The notes: a model not told the origin generated them from the sequence alone. A DNA stretch of 64,000 bases from Candidatus Bathyarchaeota archaeon (GCA_963777155.1 CAVZPM010000001.1:1-64000), one strand, 5' to 3'. Positions 41,081 through 51,670 are shown, numbered from the stretch's first letter. A program made the numbers and translations.

Positions 41081-41589
41081 TGTTGCACCTTTCTCTGAGC
41101 CTTTATGAAAGCGTTCCGTTTGGATTCGTATGCCTCTAAAGACATTATCTTTCTAGCGGGAGTTCCAGCCACAACCGTTTTAGGCGGAACATCTTTAGCA
41201 ACAACGCTTCCTCCACCAACCACTGATTTTTCTCCAACTGTTACGTTGGGCAATATGGTAACTCCTCCTCCAATTGTTGCGCCATCCTTGATGATTGGGG
41301 GGTTCAAGACGCTACTTTTCGGGTATTTATCGTTTAGAAGACTGCTGTTTGGGGCTATGAACACGTTATCGCCTAGCACGCAGCCGTTGGAGATGGTCAC
41401 GTGTGCTTGAATGTTGCAGTTCTTGCCCAAAACCACGTTTTTGCCAATGTCAACGAAGCTGCCAATCATTGTGCCATCGCCGATTTTGGTTCCGTCTCCA
41501 ATCACAACGTAGTTCCAGATGGACACTTCTTTGCCAATCTCCACGTTGGTGCCTGTTATGATCCCGGTGCCTTTCTTTGGATTCTGCAT
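41077..41589 (-). CDS. Hexapeptide-repeat acyltransferase (WbpD-like)
   Basis: Left-handed beta-helix repeats, NDKYP, VVAKDVP...AGTPA. Confidence 0.88.
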   Translation of the reverse strand: MQNPKKGTGIITGTNVEIGKEVSIWNYVVIGDGTKIGDGTMIGSFVDIGKNVVLGKNCNIQAHVTISNGCVLGDNVFIAPNSSLLNDKYPKSSVLNPPIIKDGATIGGGVTILPNVTVGEKSVVGGGSVVAKDVPPKTVVAGTPARKIMSLEAYESKRNAFIKAQRKVQQ

Positions 41590-41662
41590 GCTTGTCCTTT
41601 CGAGCTCCAACTTTAAATAGTTTAAGATTAACTTGAACTCTCCAATGAATGGTGGCATGTGT

Positions 41663-42556
41663 TTGGTCAAAGAAACCGTTTTGATTATTGGTTTAGGCGA
41701 GATAGGCCACACCCTCTTTGCGTTATATGGCGAAGCTAAAGAAAAGTTCTCGGTTTTTGGTTTAGATTTAGACTTGGGAAAAATGAAGTTGCTTAATCAG
41801 AGCAAAGATAAGGTTCCAGCAAGAGTTGGCACCCTACAGGTTTGCCTTCCATGTAGTAGCCAAGAAAAATTTACTGACACAATCAAAGGCTACGTTGACC
41901 GCTATAAACCCAAACTTACGATCATCAACAGCACTGTTCCACCCGGAACCACACTCAAAGTTGCGGCAGCTTGTAAGTGCCTTGTTGCTCATTCACCTTC
42001 ACGAGGTGTTCATATAAACGCTGAACACATGATCTGGGAGATGAAACGCTGGACTAAATACGTCGGTGGCGCAGACGCAGCCGCATCCAAAGCAGCTAAG
42101 GAACACTTTAGAAAAATGGGGTTGAGAGTCAAGGTTCTTAAAAGTTGCCGTGAAACTGAACTCGCTAAACTCTTTGAAACAACTTACCGCGCTTGGATGA
42201 TTACATGCTTCCAAGAAATGCATCGCATCTCACGCGCTTTCGATGCAGACTTTGACGAAGCAGTCGACTTCATTGAGGACACCCATAGAGAGCGTTTTGA
42301 CAGGCCAGTTATGTTTCCTGGAGTAATCGGCGGACATTGTCTCATCCCAAACACTGAGCTTCTGCTGAATAGTTACGATTCTGAGTTGCTAAGACTAATT
42401 TTGAAATCAAACGAAAAACGTAAAGAAGAAATCAAGGATCCAATCGTTAAGACTGAAGCTGATAGAGTTGCGGCGAGGGCAATTGCATTGGAGAAGCAGC
42501 TTGCAGGACCAAAAAACGTCATGTTGGGCGAAAAAAACCGTGCAGAATGCTCATAA
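41663..42556 (+). CDS. UDP-glucose/GDP-mannose dehydrogenase family protein lacking the C-terminal domain
   Basis: IGLGEIG, STVPPGTT, ELAKLFETTYR, GGHCL. Confidence 0.8.
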   Translation: MVKETVLIIGLGEIGHTLFALYGEAKEKFSVFGLDLDLGKMKLLNQSKDKVPARVGTLQVCLPCSSQEKFTDTIKGYVDRYKPKLTIINSTVPPGTTLKVAAACKCLVAHSPSRGVHINAEHMIWEMKRWTKYVGGADAAASKAAKEHFRKMGLRVKVLKSCRETELAKLFETTYRAWMITCFQEMHRISRAFDADFDEAVDFIEDTHRERFDRPVMFPGVIGGHCLIPNTELLLNSYDSELLRLILKSNEKRKEEIKDPIVKTEADRVAARAIALEKQLAGPKNVMLGEKNRAECS

Positions 42557-42571
42557 TGGAATGGTAAATCT

Positions 42572-43276
42572 CTAGAGTTTTTCGATAATCAGCTCTTTTG
42601 CAAAACCAGCGATAAATTCAATGTTCAACTTCATTAGATACCAAAACGTTCGTGCGCTTACATTGGTGAGAGCTGCAAACGGCGTAAAAATGAACCTTGC
42701 AGCCATCCTTCTCGCCAACTTGTAGAGTCCAAAATGTCCATACCTTCTGTAAGATATGCCGATGGTGACGTAATTCTTGGATGTGCCTAGATGTGTTGCG
42801 CCAAGAAATGGCAGAACTTTCCAGACGTAGCCTGTTTTTTGAACAAAGCGTTTGAAGTATTGGTCTTCTCCGAAAAACAGCTTTGGCGGATTATAGTTTT
42901 CCATAAGTGCGCGGCGGATGATGATGTTATTAATGTGCGGGTTAGTGTCCAATTTGCTTAGGTTGTATACTGTGCCGACGACACGCTCGTATGCGGCAAC
43001 ATGCTTGTTCTTGTGAACTGCAACCGTGCCTATGGCACCAACTTTGGGCGTGATTGCTTTGGTGACTAATTGAAGCCAATTGTCGGGCAGAAGCATGTCG
43101 TCATCAACCATCGCTACCCACTCGGTTTTTGCCTGAAGAACTCCATGTTTGCGTGCAATACTGAGCGGTTTCTCATGGATATTGATGATTTGACCTGCGC
43201 ATGGCATGTGCTTGAGTTGATGCATTAATGTTGGGTTAGCCTCATCTCTTGATGGCACCACAAAATCAACTTTCAT
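42572..43276 (-). CDS. Glycosyltransferase family 2
   Basis: VVPSRDE, AR..G, VDDD, GED. Confidence 0.82.
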   Translation of the reverse strand: MKVDFVVPSRDEANPTLMHQLKHMPCAGQIINIHEKPLSIARKHGVLQAKTEWVAMVDDDMLLPDNWLQLVTKAITPKVGAIGTVAVHKNKHVAAYERVVGTVYNLSKLDTNPHINNIIIRRALMENYNPPKLFFGEDQYFKRFVQKTGYVWKVLPFLGATHLGTSKNYVTIGISYRRYGHFGLYKLARRMAARFIFTPFAALTNVSARTFWYLMKLNIEFIAGFAKELIIEKL

Positions 43277-43376
43277 GTCGCTGTCGGAGCAGGATGGCAT
43301 AGAGGCATATTGTTCAAGCTTAGGTTAAATAGTTTACCGCAACATACAAAACCCGTAATTTAGACTGAGAAAAAGG

Positions 43377-44768
43377 TTACATGTTCAAGATTTTAACTGC
43401 TTTTTGTGCAGCGCGCTTGTAGCTTTTCTTAGTAATCATGCCTTTCTGGATGCCATTTAATAGTTGCAGAATCATACCCTGCTTCACATGCTCCACCATT
43501 TGCTGTTCACTGATTCCTGGGAGACGCATACAGTTGCCGATTTTGACGTTATAGGTGGCAATGCCGTATTTTTCAGCGATGTGGTAGAGTTTGCTGCCGA
43601 TTATTGGGTTAGTGATTGACCACGAAATGTACTCTATGAGATTGTCTCGGAGGCATTCTTTTGCAAATTTTAGCGTGTTGTTGACTTCTTCGGGGGTCTC
43701 GTATTCTAGTTTCCCGTTAGCTTCCCAAGCGTTGTAGAGCATTAGGAACCCGTAGACTTTGATGTGGTATTTCTTTAGAAGTTCAAGCGTGCGGACGTTG
43801 TCGGTTTGTGTGGCATTTTTGCCAATGCCTTTAAGCACTCGGTCGTTAGCCGATTCAAGCCCAATGTGAACAAGCCAAACGTTGACGTCCTGTAGTTTCT
43901 TTGCTAATTCGTCGTTTAGTTTGTCTGCTCGCAGGTTGCATTGGAAAGTCATGCCTTTAAGTTTGAGCTTTTCAATCTCGTTGAGGGTTTCCAGGCACCA
44001 TTTAATATCAACGTTAAAAGTGTCGGAGCGCAGGTAAATTTCTCGGATGCCTCTGCCATAGAGGTAGTTGACTTCTTCAGCGATGTTTTTGGGAGAGCGC
44101 TGTCTTATCCATGGCTTCTCCAGCTTCCAGACCGGGTTAGAACAGTAAGTGCAGTAGTTGGGGCAACCGCGGATGGGAAGCATGTATGCCATTCGTTTTT
44201 TTCTGCTTACGGCAACATCGTAGTTTTCGAAGTCTATCATGTCCCATGCTGGGAAGAAATCGATGTTCTTAAGCAGAGGTCTCACACCGTTGTTCTTCTG
44301 AGCGTTAACCGTTCCAACGATGTCTGTTATAGACTGTTTCGCCAGAACTCTTTTGATTAACTCAGTTGTGGTCTCTTCGCCCTCTCCGACTATACAGACA
44401 TCAATTGGAGTGTTTTTGAGGACGTCTTGGGGGTCGATGGTTGGATGGGCACCTCCGGATACCATGAGCATTTTGAGACCTAATGCTTTGACTTTATTTA
44501 TGGTCTCAAAAGACAGATCTCTTCTGGGAGTTGTAAATGATATTGCGTAAACGTCCGGTTTGATTTCCTGTACTTTTTGGATATGTTCCTGCATGGAGAG
44601 GAACGGTTCAAGATAATGGAATTCTACTCCTGGCAGGCGCTCCCTTACGTAGCTGATGATGTAGAGGATGCCGAGGTTCGGTGATTCTGTGACTGCTTCT
44701 CCTTTAGCTTCGATGCCGAAGGGTGGGTCAGCAAAAACCACTTTAAGTTTCTTTTGTGTAGTCGCCAT
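43377..44768 (-). CDS. Cobalamin-binding radical SAM protein (class B)
   Basis: PNLGILYI, GGAHPT, GEGE, RGCPNYCTYC, GLES. Confidence 0.88.
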   Translation of the reverse strand: MATTQKKLKVVFADPPFGIEAKGEAVTESPNLGILYIISYVRERLPGVEFHYLEPFLSMQEHIQKVQEIKPDVYAISFTTPRRDLSFETINKVKALGLKMLMVSGGAHPTIDPQDVLKNTPIDVCIVGEGEETTTELIKRVLAKQSITDIVGTVNAQKNNGVRPLLKNIDFFPAWDMIDFENYDVAVSRKKRMAYMLPIRGCPNYCTYCSNPVWKLEKPWIRQRSPKNIAEEVNYLYGRGIREIYLRSDTFNVDIKWCLETLNEIEKLKLKGMTFQCNLRADKLNDELAKKLQDVNVWLVHIGLESANDRVLKGIGKNATQTDNVRTLELLKKYHIKVYGFLMLYNAWEANGKLEYETPEEVNNTLKFAKECLRDNLIEYISWSITNPIIGSKLYHIAEKYGIATYNVKIGNCMRLPGISEQQMVEHVKQGMILQLLNGIQKGMITKKSYKRAAQKAVKILNM

Positions 44769-44950
44769 GATTTTTTATCTCACCGAAACGTCAACTACTC
44801 ACTTTTCACGCGCGTGTATATATTTTGCTACTTGGCTCCTCCTAAACCGTCTGCTCCAATTCGAGAGCTTATTTTAAACAAACCGTTGCGCTGCAAAGCT
44901 TCTTAAACCCAAAAACGGAAATGTAAACAACCCAAAGAGGCAAAATCGAC

Positions 44951-46075
44951 ATGGCAACTTTCCTCGTAGTCCACCCATACCTCGACATTTACGGCGGCGG
45001 CGAACGCGTCTGTCACAGTGTAATTAAAACACTTGTTGCTCATGGACAAAAGGTTGAGTTGTTAACCTTTGACTTCGACTCTGGTAGGTACCGTGACATT
45101 GTGGGTGAGGACCTCCCCAAGGATGTTGTCATTCACCCGTTGGGGAAACGCACCCAAGAAGAGCCTCCCTTCACCATTTACAAACGGCACCGCAACTTCG
45201 CCAAACTCCTAAAGAAATACCGCAACCAGTTGAAATACGATTACCTGTTTTCAACACAATCTTCCTCACCCTTTGAGCCTGTCTTTTTAAATAAAGCCAA
45301 AAAGAACCTTGCCTACGTTCACTTCCCAGAAATACATTATGACTACTCGAGAGGAACAATGAAAAGAAAACTCTACCTATGGCTGTTTAAGTACTGGGTG
45401 GAACAGGGCATCGACAAACTGGACATGGTTTTCTGCAATAGCAACTACACCAAAGAAGCTATCCAGCGCTATTGGGGCAGCCACGGCGTGAAAGAGCCCA
45501 TAGTTGTTTATCCCGCTGTCAATCTCGATAAGTTTTGGTGCGACAAACCTTTGGCTGACAGAAAAAAAAGAGTTGTCTATGTCGCGCGCTTTATTCCTGC
45601 AAAGCGGCACGAAATCCTCAAGCAGTTAGCGGTTGACTTGCCAGATTTTGAGTTTGTCAGTATCGGCGGATTGATCGATGCCGAGACAGCATGGTTTGAT
45701 AGGTTTCAAGAGAACCTGCCCAAAAATTACACTCTGAAAACTAACTTGCCAGGACCCGAACTGCTCGGCATCTTGCAGGATTCACGAATCTATGTGCACT
45801 TGATGGAGGGTGAACATTTCGGCATTGCACCAGTTGAAGGCTTAGCAAGCGGTTGCGTCACTATCGTGCATAATAGCGGCGGCATGAGGGAATTCATTCC
45901 AGAAGAGTACCGCTGGGACAACTACCAAGACCTTAAATCCAAAATTGTGAAAAGCATGGATGCATCAGTCAACTGGGAGTTTAAACGCAAGGAGCTCTGG
46001 AGCAGAATAAGAATGCTCACTCCCGAAGCCTTCCAGCAAGGTATCTGGTTGAATTTACAAAAAATCTTGGAATAA
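44951..46075 (+). CDS. Glycosyltransferase family 4
   Basis: GGGER, NSNYT, VVYP, RFIPAK, EHFGIAPVEGLASG. Confidence 0.88.
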   Translation: MATFLVVHPYLDIYGGGERVCHSVIKTLVAHGQKVELLTFDFDSGRYRDIVGEDLPKDVVIHPLGKRTQEEPPFTIYKRHRNFAKLLKKYRNQLKYDYLFSTQSSSPFEPVFLNKAKKNLAYVHFPEIHYDYSRGTMKRKLYLWLFKYWVEQGIDKLDMVFCNSNYTKEAIQRYWGSHGVKEPIVVYPAVNLDKFWCDKPLADRKKRVVYVARFIPAKRHEILKQLAVDLPDFEFVSIGGLIDAETAWFDRFQENLPKNYTLKTNLPGPELLGILQDSRIYVHLMEGEHFGIAPVEGLASGCVTIVHNSGGMREFIPEEYRWDNYQDLKSKIVKSMDASVNWEFKRKELWSRIRMLTPEAFQQGIWLNLQKILE

Positions 46076-46327
46076 TTGTACTGCAGTGATTACTAAACAA
46101 CTTTAGCCAATTTGAAGGCGTGATTTCAGGAACCGATAGAAGTAATGAGGTAATCGAAAAGTCGTCTTTAACCCTAAAGTCAAAGATCACCATTACCCCT
46201 TGGCCTGACAAAAAACAGGGTCGTACCGACTCCTTATCAGCGAGCATAGATAAGTTTTCATAAAAGAAGCAAGAAATACAATGCAAAACGCATCACTAAT
46301 GCGTTAGATGAAGCGGAGACCTCCTAG

Positions 46328-46957
46328 TTGAGTGATCAACCGGCAATTAAACTTAGAATCGACGTAGATTACCCCTACCCCTCGTCGAGGAAGAAAAGTT
46401 TTCTTTACATAGCGTTAGGCATCAAAAGCAAGAAAAGCTCAAGTTACCTCCAAAACGCCCGCGTCATCGCCGAGATCATAAACAAATCACACAAAAAAGT
46501 CGAAGCTTACTGGTTCTTCACACCATACACCATCCCAGACAAGAAATTGCTTGACTTGTTAAATAATGAACGCCATGAGGTGGGATTGCATATTGCCAAC
46601 AACGCCTTCAAAGAATGGAAAACACTTGAAAACGAAACGCGCCGTACCGTTAAGTACTACACTTTTCATGGTACCTCCAATGCGATTGCACAAATCCTAT
46701 GGAGACGCAAACTGGGTCAAAAGCAAGCTGTTACTCCAGACGATTTCCCACTAAAATCTTTCCACGATTTCACAACAACAAGCCTAGATCGCCGAATCTT
46801 TGAGGCAGGGTTGGAATCCGTAAAGGAAGAAGCAAAAAACTGGATTTCTCAAGGCACAGTCATATCTATTCATCCTGAGTGGCTCTACGTAAGGGGAGAA
46901 AAAAACCGCCGTGGACCATTTTATGAAGCGCTAAAAATAATTTTAGGGGTGGAATGA
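46328..46957 (+). CDS. Polysaccharide deacetylase-like (NodB-fold) protein
   Basis: LRIDVD, HEVGLH, FHG, IHPEW. Confidence 0.6.
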   Translation: MSDQPAIKLRIDVDYPYPSSRKKSFLYIALGIKSKKSSSYLQNARVIAEIINKSHKKVEAYWFFTPYTIPDKKLLDLLNNERHEVGLHIANNAFKEWKTLENETRRTVKYYTFHGTSNAIAQILWRRKLGQKQAVTPDDFPLKSFHDFTTTSLDRRIFEAGLESVKEEAKNWISQGTVISIHPEWLYVRGEKNRRGPFYEALKIILGVE

Positions 46958-47831
46958 ACGTCAGAAACCATCCGAATAAGAAAAAAGCTGATTGTACGTA
47001 TAGCGCAAGACAATCAGGAATACGAAAAAAATACGCTCCCAACTGAGGAGCTAATAAAAAAACTTAGAGAACAAGGAGTGGACATCTACACTTTTCTTGA
47101 GCGCTCATGGTGCTGTCCGCTTTCTAATCCACCAAGAAACTGGATTCGAACCGATGATAATGTTGGTCTATTGGAGATAACTACATTCGACACCTGGTTT
47201 AACGCTGTCGGCAAGAAAACCCGCAATATGGTTCGCAGGGCAGAGAAAAGCGGCGTTAAAGTCAACATCCTCGAGTTGACGCCCCAGTTGGTTGAAGGCA
47301 TATGGAAAATCTACAATGAAACCCCCATTCGTCAAGGACGAGCTTTCCACCATTATGGCGAATCGCTAAAATCTGTTGGCGACAACATGACGATGGCGAA
47401 GAAAGCCACATTCATCGGCGCTTACCTAGAATCCGAACTAGTTGGCTTCATCCAAATAATCTACGGCGACCAAATAGCAATTATCTCACAGATTCTTTCT
47501 CTGCAGAAGCACTGGGATAAATCCCTAAATAACGCTCTTCTCGCCAAAGCTGTTGAGGTCTGTGCCGCCAACGGCAACCGATGGCTATTATACGGACGCA
47601 TCGGTAACCACCCCTCGCTGGATAAGTTCAAGGAAAATAACGGTTTCAAGAAATATCCTGATAGCACGTTACTACGTGCCCATTACTGGGAAGGGTAGGT
47701 TTGCTATGCGTTTGGGTTTGCACAAGGAGTTTAAAGATGCGTTGCCAGAACCGCTTAAAAGACCGCTTATCCCTGTTTTTAACTGGATAAGCCGCAAAAA
47801 AGCACAACTAAAGCTCCGCCGAAAACGTTAG
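46954..47831 (+). CDS. GNAT/FemAB-like acyltransferase (start ambiguous; frameshift near 47658)
   Basis: KKTRNMVRRAEKSGV, NNALL..AV, SLDKFK..NGF; continues as ARYYVP...RLGLH. Confidence 0.7.
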
Positions 47832-47909
47832 CCCTAATTACTTAGCAAAGAGGTTAAATCAACAAGAACAACTATAGTTGAAATAAATCAACTGTTGCTG
47901 GGGAAGTGC

Positions 47910-48887
47910 TTGTTGGATTATCCGCTCACCTATGTCATCATTGTTAATTGGAATGGTAAAGAGATACTGCGCAAGTGCCTCACTACATTTTTCGCCAACA
48001 CAAAAAGCCAAAACTGCACTGTAGTCGTCGTAGACAACGCAAGTACCGATGGCTCCATAGAGATGTTGCAGCAAAACTTCCCTCAGGTTCAACTTATAAA
48101 GAATCGTATGAACATGGGTTATTCGGTCGCAAACAATCAAGGCATCCAACTTGCACTCGATAAAGATGCAAAACAGGTTCTTTTACTAAACAATGATGTC
48201 GAAATTACTGATGACAAATGGCTCGAGAAGTTAACTGCAGTTTTGGAGTCTGAGAATGAAATCGGCGTTGTAGGATGCAAACTCCTTTTTCCTGACGGCA
48301 AAATCCAGTATGCTGGCGGATTGATCAAGCTACGCGGCGCTTTCCATAGAGGAGAACGGGAAGAAGACAGAGGTCAATACGATAAAGTTGAGTTTGTTGA
48401 CTATGTTACCGGCGCCATGTTGCTCATAAAATCTGATGTGATACGGGAAATCGGGCTCTTAGACGAAGGATTTACACCTCTTTACTGTGAAGACAGCGAC
48501 TGGTGCGTTAGAGCTACCCTCTACAGATACAAAGTTGCTTACACACCTGAGCCTACACTTATCCATCATTGCGGTTCTTCAGCGAAAAAACTCAGCAACA
48601 ACAAAAACGCCTTCTTTTTTCGGAGAAGCTCAATTCGTTTTTTCCTCTTGAACTATCAAATAAAAGACATCATAAAACGCATTCTACGATACGAAGTCCC
48701 GGCGTTTGCAGCGTGTTTTGTTGGGCGTAACCGCAGTGGCAAACTGCCTTTTAATCTCAGGTTAGATGTTTCAGTGAGGTTTTCGTTTTTTATTCGGGCT
48801 TGGACTCCCAGCCTCCGCGATCTTAAAGGCATAATGGCTAAGCGAAGGCAGCGGTTCATTTTTAACACAAAATTGCACCTTTCCTAA
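47910..48887 (+). CDS. Glycosyltransferase family 2
   Basis: IIVNWN, VVDNASTDGS, LLNND, EDSDWC. Confidence 0.9.
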   Translation: MLDYPLTYVIIVNWNGKEILRKCLTTFFANTKSQNCTVVVVDNASTDGSIEMLQQNFPQVQLIKNRMNMGYSVANNQGIQLALDKDAKQVLLLNNDVEITDDKWLEKLTAVLESENEIGVVGCKLLFPDGKIQYAGGLIKLRGAFHRGEREEDRGQYDKVEFVDYVTGAMLLIKSDVIREIGLLDEGFTPLYCEDSDWCVRATLYRYKVAYTPEPTLIHHCGSSAKKLSNNKNAFFFRRSSIRFFLLNYQIKDIIKRILRYEVPAFAACFVGRNRSGKLPFNLRLDVSVRFSFFIRAWTPSLRDLKGIMAKRRQRFIFNTKLHLS

Positions 48888-50039
48888 ATAAATTGCGTAT
48901 AGAGTACTGAGAGCTGCTTTGCTACTTTGTTGGCTTCAAAAGCCTCCAACACCCATTTCCGCCCATTCTTGCCAAAGTGCTCTCTCTTTTTCTTGTCAAC
49001 CAATAGCTCTTCGAGAGCAGCCTTAAGGGCAATAGGGTTTTTTTGCTCAACCAAGATGCCTGTGACTCTGTCCTTCACGATTTCAGGAATCGACCCAGTA
49101 ACGGTGGAGACGATTGGTTTTTCGCATGCCATCGCCTCAACAATTGAGTAGCCAAACTGTTCAGCCCAAAAGTTGGTTTCGACACTTGGCAAACAGAAAA
49201 TATCGGCTAAATTGTGCACTTGTGCCATTTCGGAATAGCTGATGCTACCAAGGAATTTGACTTTGTTTTGGATTTTCAGGTTTTCTGATAGAAGGGTGAT
49301 TTTTGCTTGCATCTCCATTGTTCCGGTGCCGACAACTAAGAGCTCAATATTTTGGTAGTTTTTTACTAGTAGTTCGAATGCTTTGAGCAGGTCAAATATG
49401 CCTTTCTCGGGCGTGAGACGACCGACAAAGAGGATTCTTGTTGCCTCGTTTGAAACTCCAAACCTGTTAGTAAGCAGCTTTTGCTGTTGGTTTAAATCTG
49501 TCGCAGTCTAGACCCACTGGAATCACAGAAATCTTCTCAGGGTTGACTCCTTCGGTGATAAGTGCCGCTTTGGCTTTCTCAGTTATAGCGATGAAGTGGG
49601 TTACGTGTTTACGGTTATATTCTTGGATTTTTGTATAGGGGTTGCCTTTGACGTTAAACGGTATGTTTTCCCATTGCGATGCCAGTGTGGGTTTGCCCGT
49701 TTTTACAGCTTGGTATGTGAAGGGGTACCAGATGTCAGCGGAGTTTATTATGTCGAGGTCTTTGATTAGCTTGTTCAAACCGATAATGCGGAGATTCCAA
49801 GATTGAAAGTTATATTTCGTGGCTTTGCCAATGAGGGAAAGAAATGGCTTAAGTTTGCCTTTGGTTAAGGTTTGTAGGTTGTGTCCTGCTCTTATGGGGA
49901 ACGTTATTTCGGGTAGGTGCCTTTCTTTGTCATGTGTGGTTATGCCTATTGGCTCAAACCCATATTTGACTAGCTTCTCAAAGTATTGCCCTTCGTATGG
50001 GTTTAGGTTAGGTCCCCTCAATATGCCGACTTTATGCAA
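48884..50039 (-). CDS. Glycosyltransferase family 4 (frameshift near 49480)
   Basis: IPVGLD..RF, then ILFVGRLTPEKG and EQFGYSIVEAMAC in the shifted frame. Confidence 0.85.
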
Positions 50040-50165
50040 AGTTTACCCCTGACATAGCTGCTGATAAGTATACTCAATAGTGCTGCAGTTTTTCATATAA
50101 AGGCAGTTGTTTTGCAACACAGTTATGTTTTGCAGATAAAACTTTAGTCTTAAGGATACTTGAAG

Positions 50166-50435
50166 TTATAGAAGTAGTTCCGATAGAATTTTGTTTAATA
50201 TTTCCCGGTTTTTGATGCTTCGGAAAATGGCTTTGCCACTCGAGTAAAGTCGAAAAGACTGGTCCTGAAAACTTAGCTCAAAAATTATACCTGCAATCTT
50301 GTTCTTAATTGTGGCTTTCTTTAGAATGTTAGCAATTGCCTCCTCCTTTTTTTCATACTTGAAGATCACAATGACGTCTTTTTCTGCTCCGCAGGTTCCT
50401 TCGACCCGTGCCACGTAATCGTCGATGGTTGCCAT
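50166..50435 (-). CDS. Small hypothetical protein coupled to sufS
   Basis: TAATG overlap; single Cys in EGTCG; FRLYSSGKAIF beta-hairpin pattern. Confidence 0.65.
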   Translation of the reverse strand: MATIDDYVARVEGTCGAEKDVIVIFKYEKKEEAIANILKKATIKNKIAGIIFELSFQDQSFRLYSSGKAIFRSIKNREILNKILSELLL

Positions 50436-51670
50436 TAGAGTTGATCAAGCTCCTTTAGGATTTCCATGAAGCGGTCAACTTCCTCTTTAGTGTTGTAGAC
50501 ATAAAAGCTTGCTCGCGCTGAAGATTCCAGTTTGAAGACTTGATGCAGGGGCTGAGCACAATGATATCCGCTGCGCATCATTACACCGTAATTATCGAAG
50601 AATAATGCTACATCATGGGAGGATAAGCCTTTGACGTTAAAGGGTATTATCCCCAGTTTACTTGTGGAGTTGATTGGTCCGTATATTGTGACTTTGCTGC
50701 TTTCCCTCATCCGCTCAATAGCATGCTGAGTCAATTCTTTTTCATGGCTCAGCACATTCTCCATTCCTAAACCCTCCAGATACTTTATCGCAGCACCTAA
50801 GCCAACTGCGCCCGCGATGTTAGGTGTTCCTGCCTCAAACTTCCAGGGCAACTCATTCCAAGAAACGTTGCATCGCTCCTGACCTTGGTTGAACTCTACT
50901 TCTCTTATCATTTCTCCTCCACCCTGGAATGGACTCATATTCTCGAGCACCTCTTTTTTGCCGTATAAAACTCCAATACCTGTTGGTCCAAGCATTTTAT
51001 GCCCAGAGAACGCCAGAAAATCCATATCCAAATCCTGAACATCCACTGGCATGTGGGGCACGGATTGGGCGCCGTCAACCAGCATCAAAGCGCCATTATC
51101 GTGTGCTACTTTAGCTACTCGTTTTACGTCATTGATTACGCCTGTAAGGTTGGACACGTGGCTTAAGCAGGCAATTTTTGTTTTGCCGCAGAGTTTGCCT
51201 TCAAAATCATCATAGTCAAGTGTGCCGTCAGGGTTAACTTTGGCGTATTTTAGTGTGAAACCCTTCAGTTTAGAGACGATTTCCCATGGAACAATGTTGC
51301 TGTGATGCTCCATTAGCGAGACTAGAACTTCATCGCCCTTGCCAAGGTTATTCAAGCCCCAGGAATAAGCAACCAAGTTAATGGCTTCAGTTGTGCCTCT
51401 AACAAAGATAACTTCGCTAGAATTTTTGGCGTTGATGAATTTAGCAATTTTCTCTCTTGATTTTTCATATAAATCTGTTGCTTCAAGCGAGAGCGTGTGG
51501 ACCGCGCGGTGGACGTTGCCGTTGTGGTTTTCATAAAAATCTGTGACGGCGTCGATGACTTGGCGAGGTTTCTGGGTGGTTGCGGCATTGTCAAAGTAGA
51601 TTAGGGGGTTGCCGTTTATTTTCCGATTTAAAATTGGAAAGTCTTGTCGTATCGCTTGGGAATCTATGAT
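50435..51670 (-). CDS. sufS: Cysteine desulfurase, SufS/group II (no canonical start codon)
   Basis: Frame open 98 codons upstream of the track start: IIDSQAIRQDFPIL, YFDNAATTQKP, NVHR, EHHSN, DGAQ, SGHK, EAGT, RSGYHCAQP, ARAS. Confidence 0.9.
   Translation of the reverse strand: MIDSQAIRQDFPILNRKINGNPLIYFDNAATTQKPRQVIDAVTDFYENHNGNVHRAVHTLSLEATDLYEKSREKIAKFINAKNSSEVIFVRGTTEAINLVAYSWGLNNLGKGDEVLVSLMEHHSNIVPWEIVSKLKGFTLKYAKVNPDGTLDYDDFEGKLCGKTKIACLSHVSNLTGVINDVKRVAKVAHDNGALMLVDGAQSVPHMPVDVQDLDMDFLAFSGHKMLGPTGIGVLYGKKEVLENMSPFQGGGEMIREVEFNQGQERCNVSWNELPWKFEAGTPNIAGAVGLGAAIKYLEGLGMENVLSHEKELTQHAIERMRESSKVTIYGPINSTSKLGIIPFNVKGLSSHDVALFFDNYGVMMRSGYHCAQPLHQVFKLESSARASFYVYNTKEEVDRFMEILKELDQL

Noticed and set aside
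46017-46286. 89-aa minus-strand ORF within the glycan cluster
   Set aside because: It overlaps the GT4 end and has no family signature.
46955-46957. Selenocysteine at the in-frame TGA
   Set aside because: It lies in an interdomain linker with no redox-Cys context, no SECIS was recognised, and a +1 error next to an ATGA overlap explains it.
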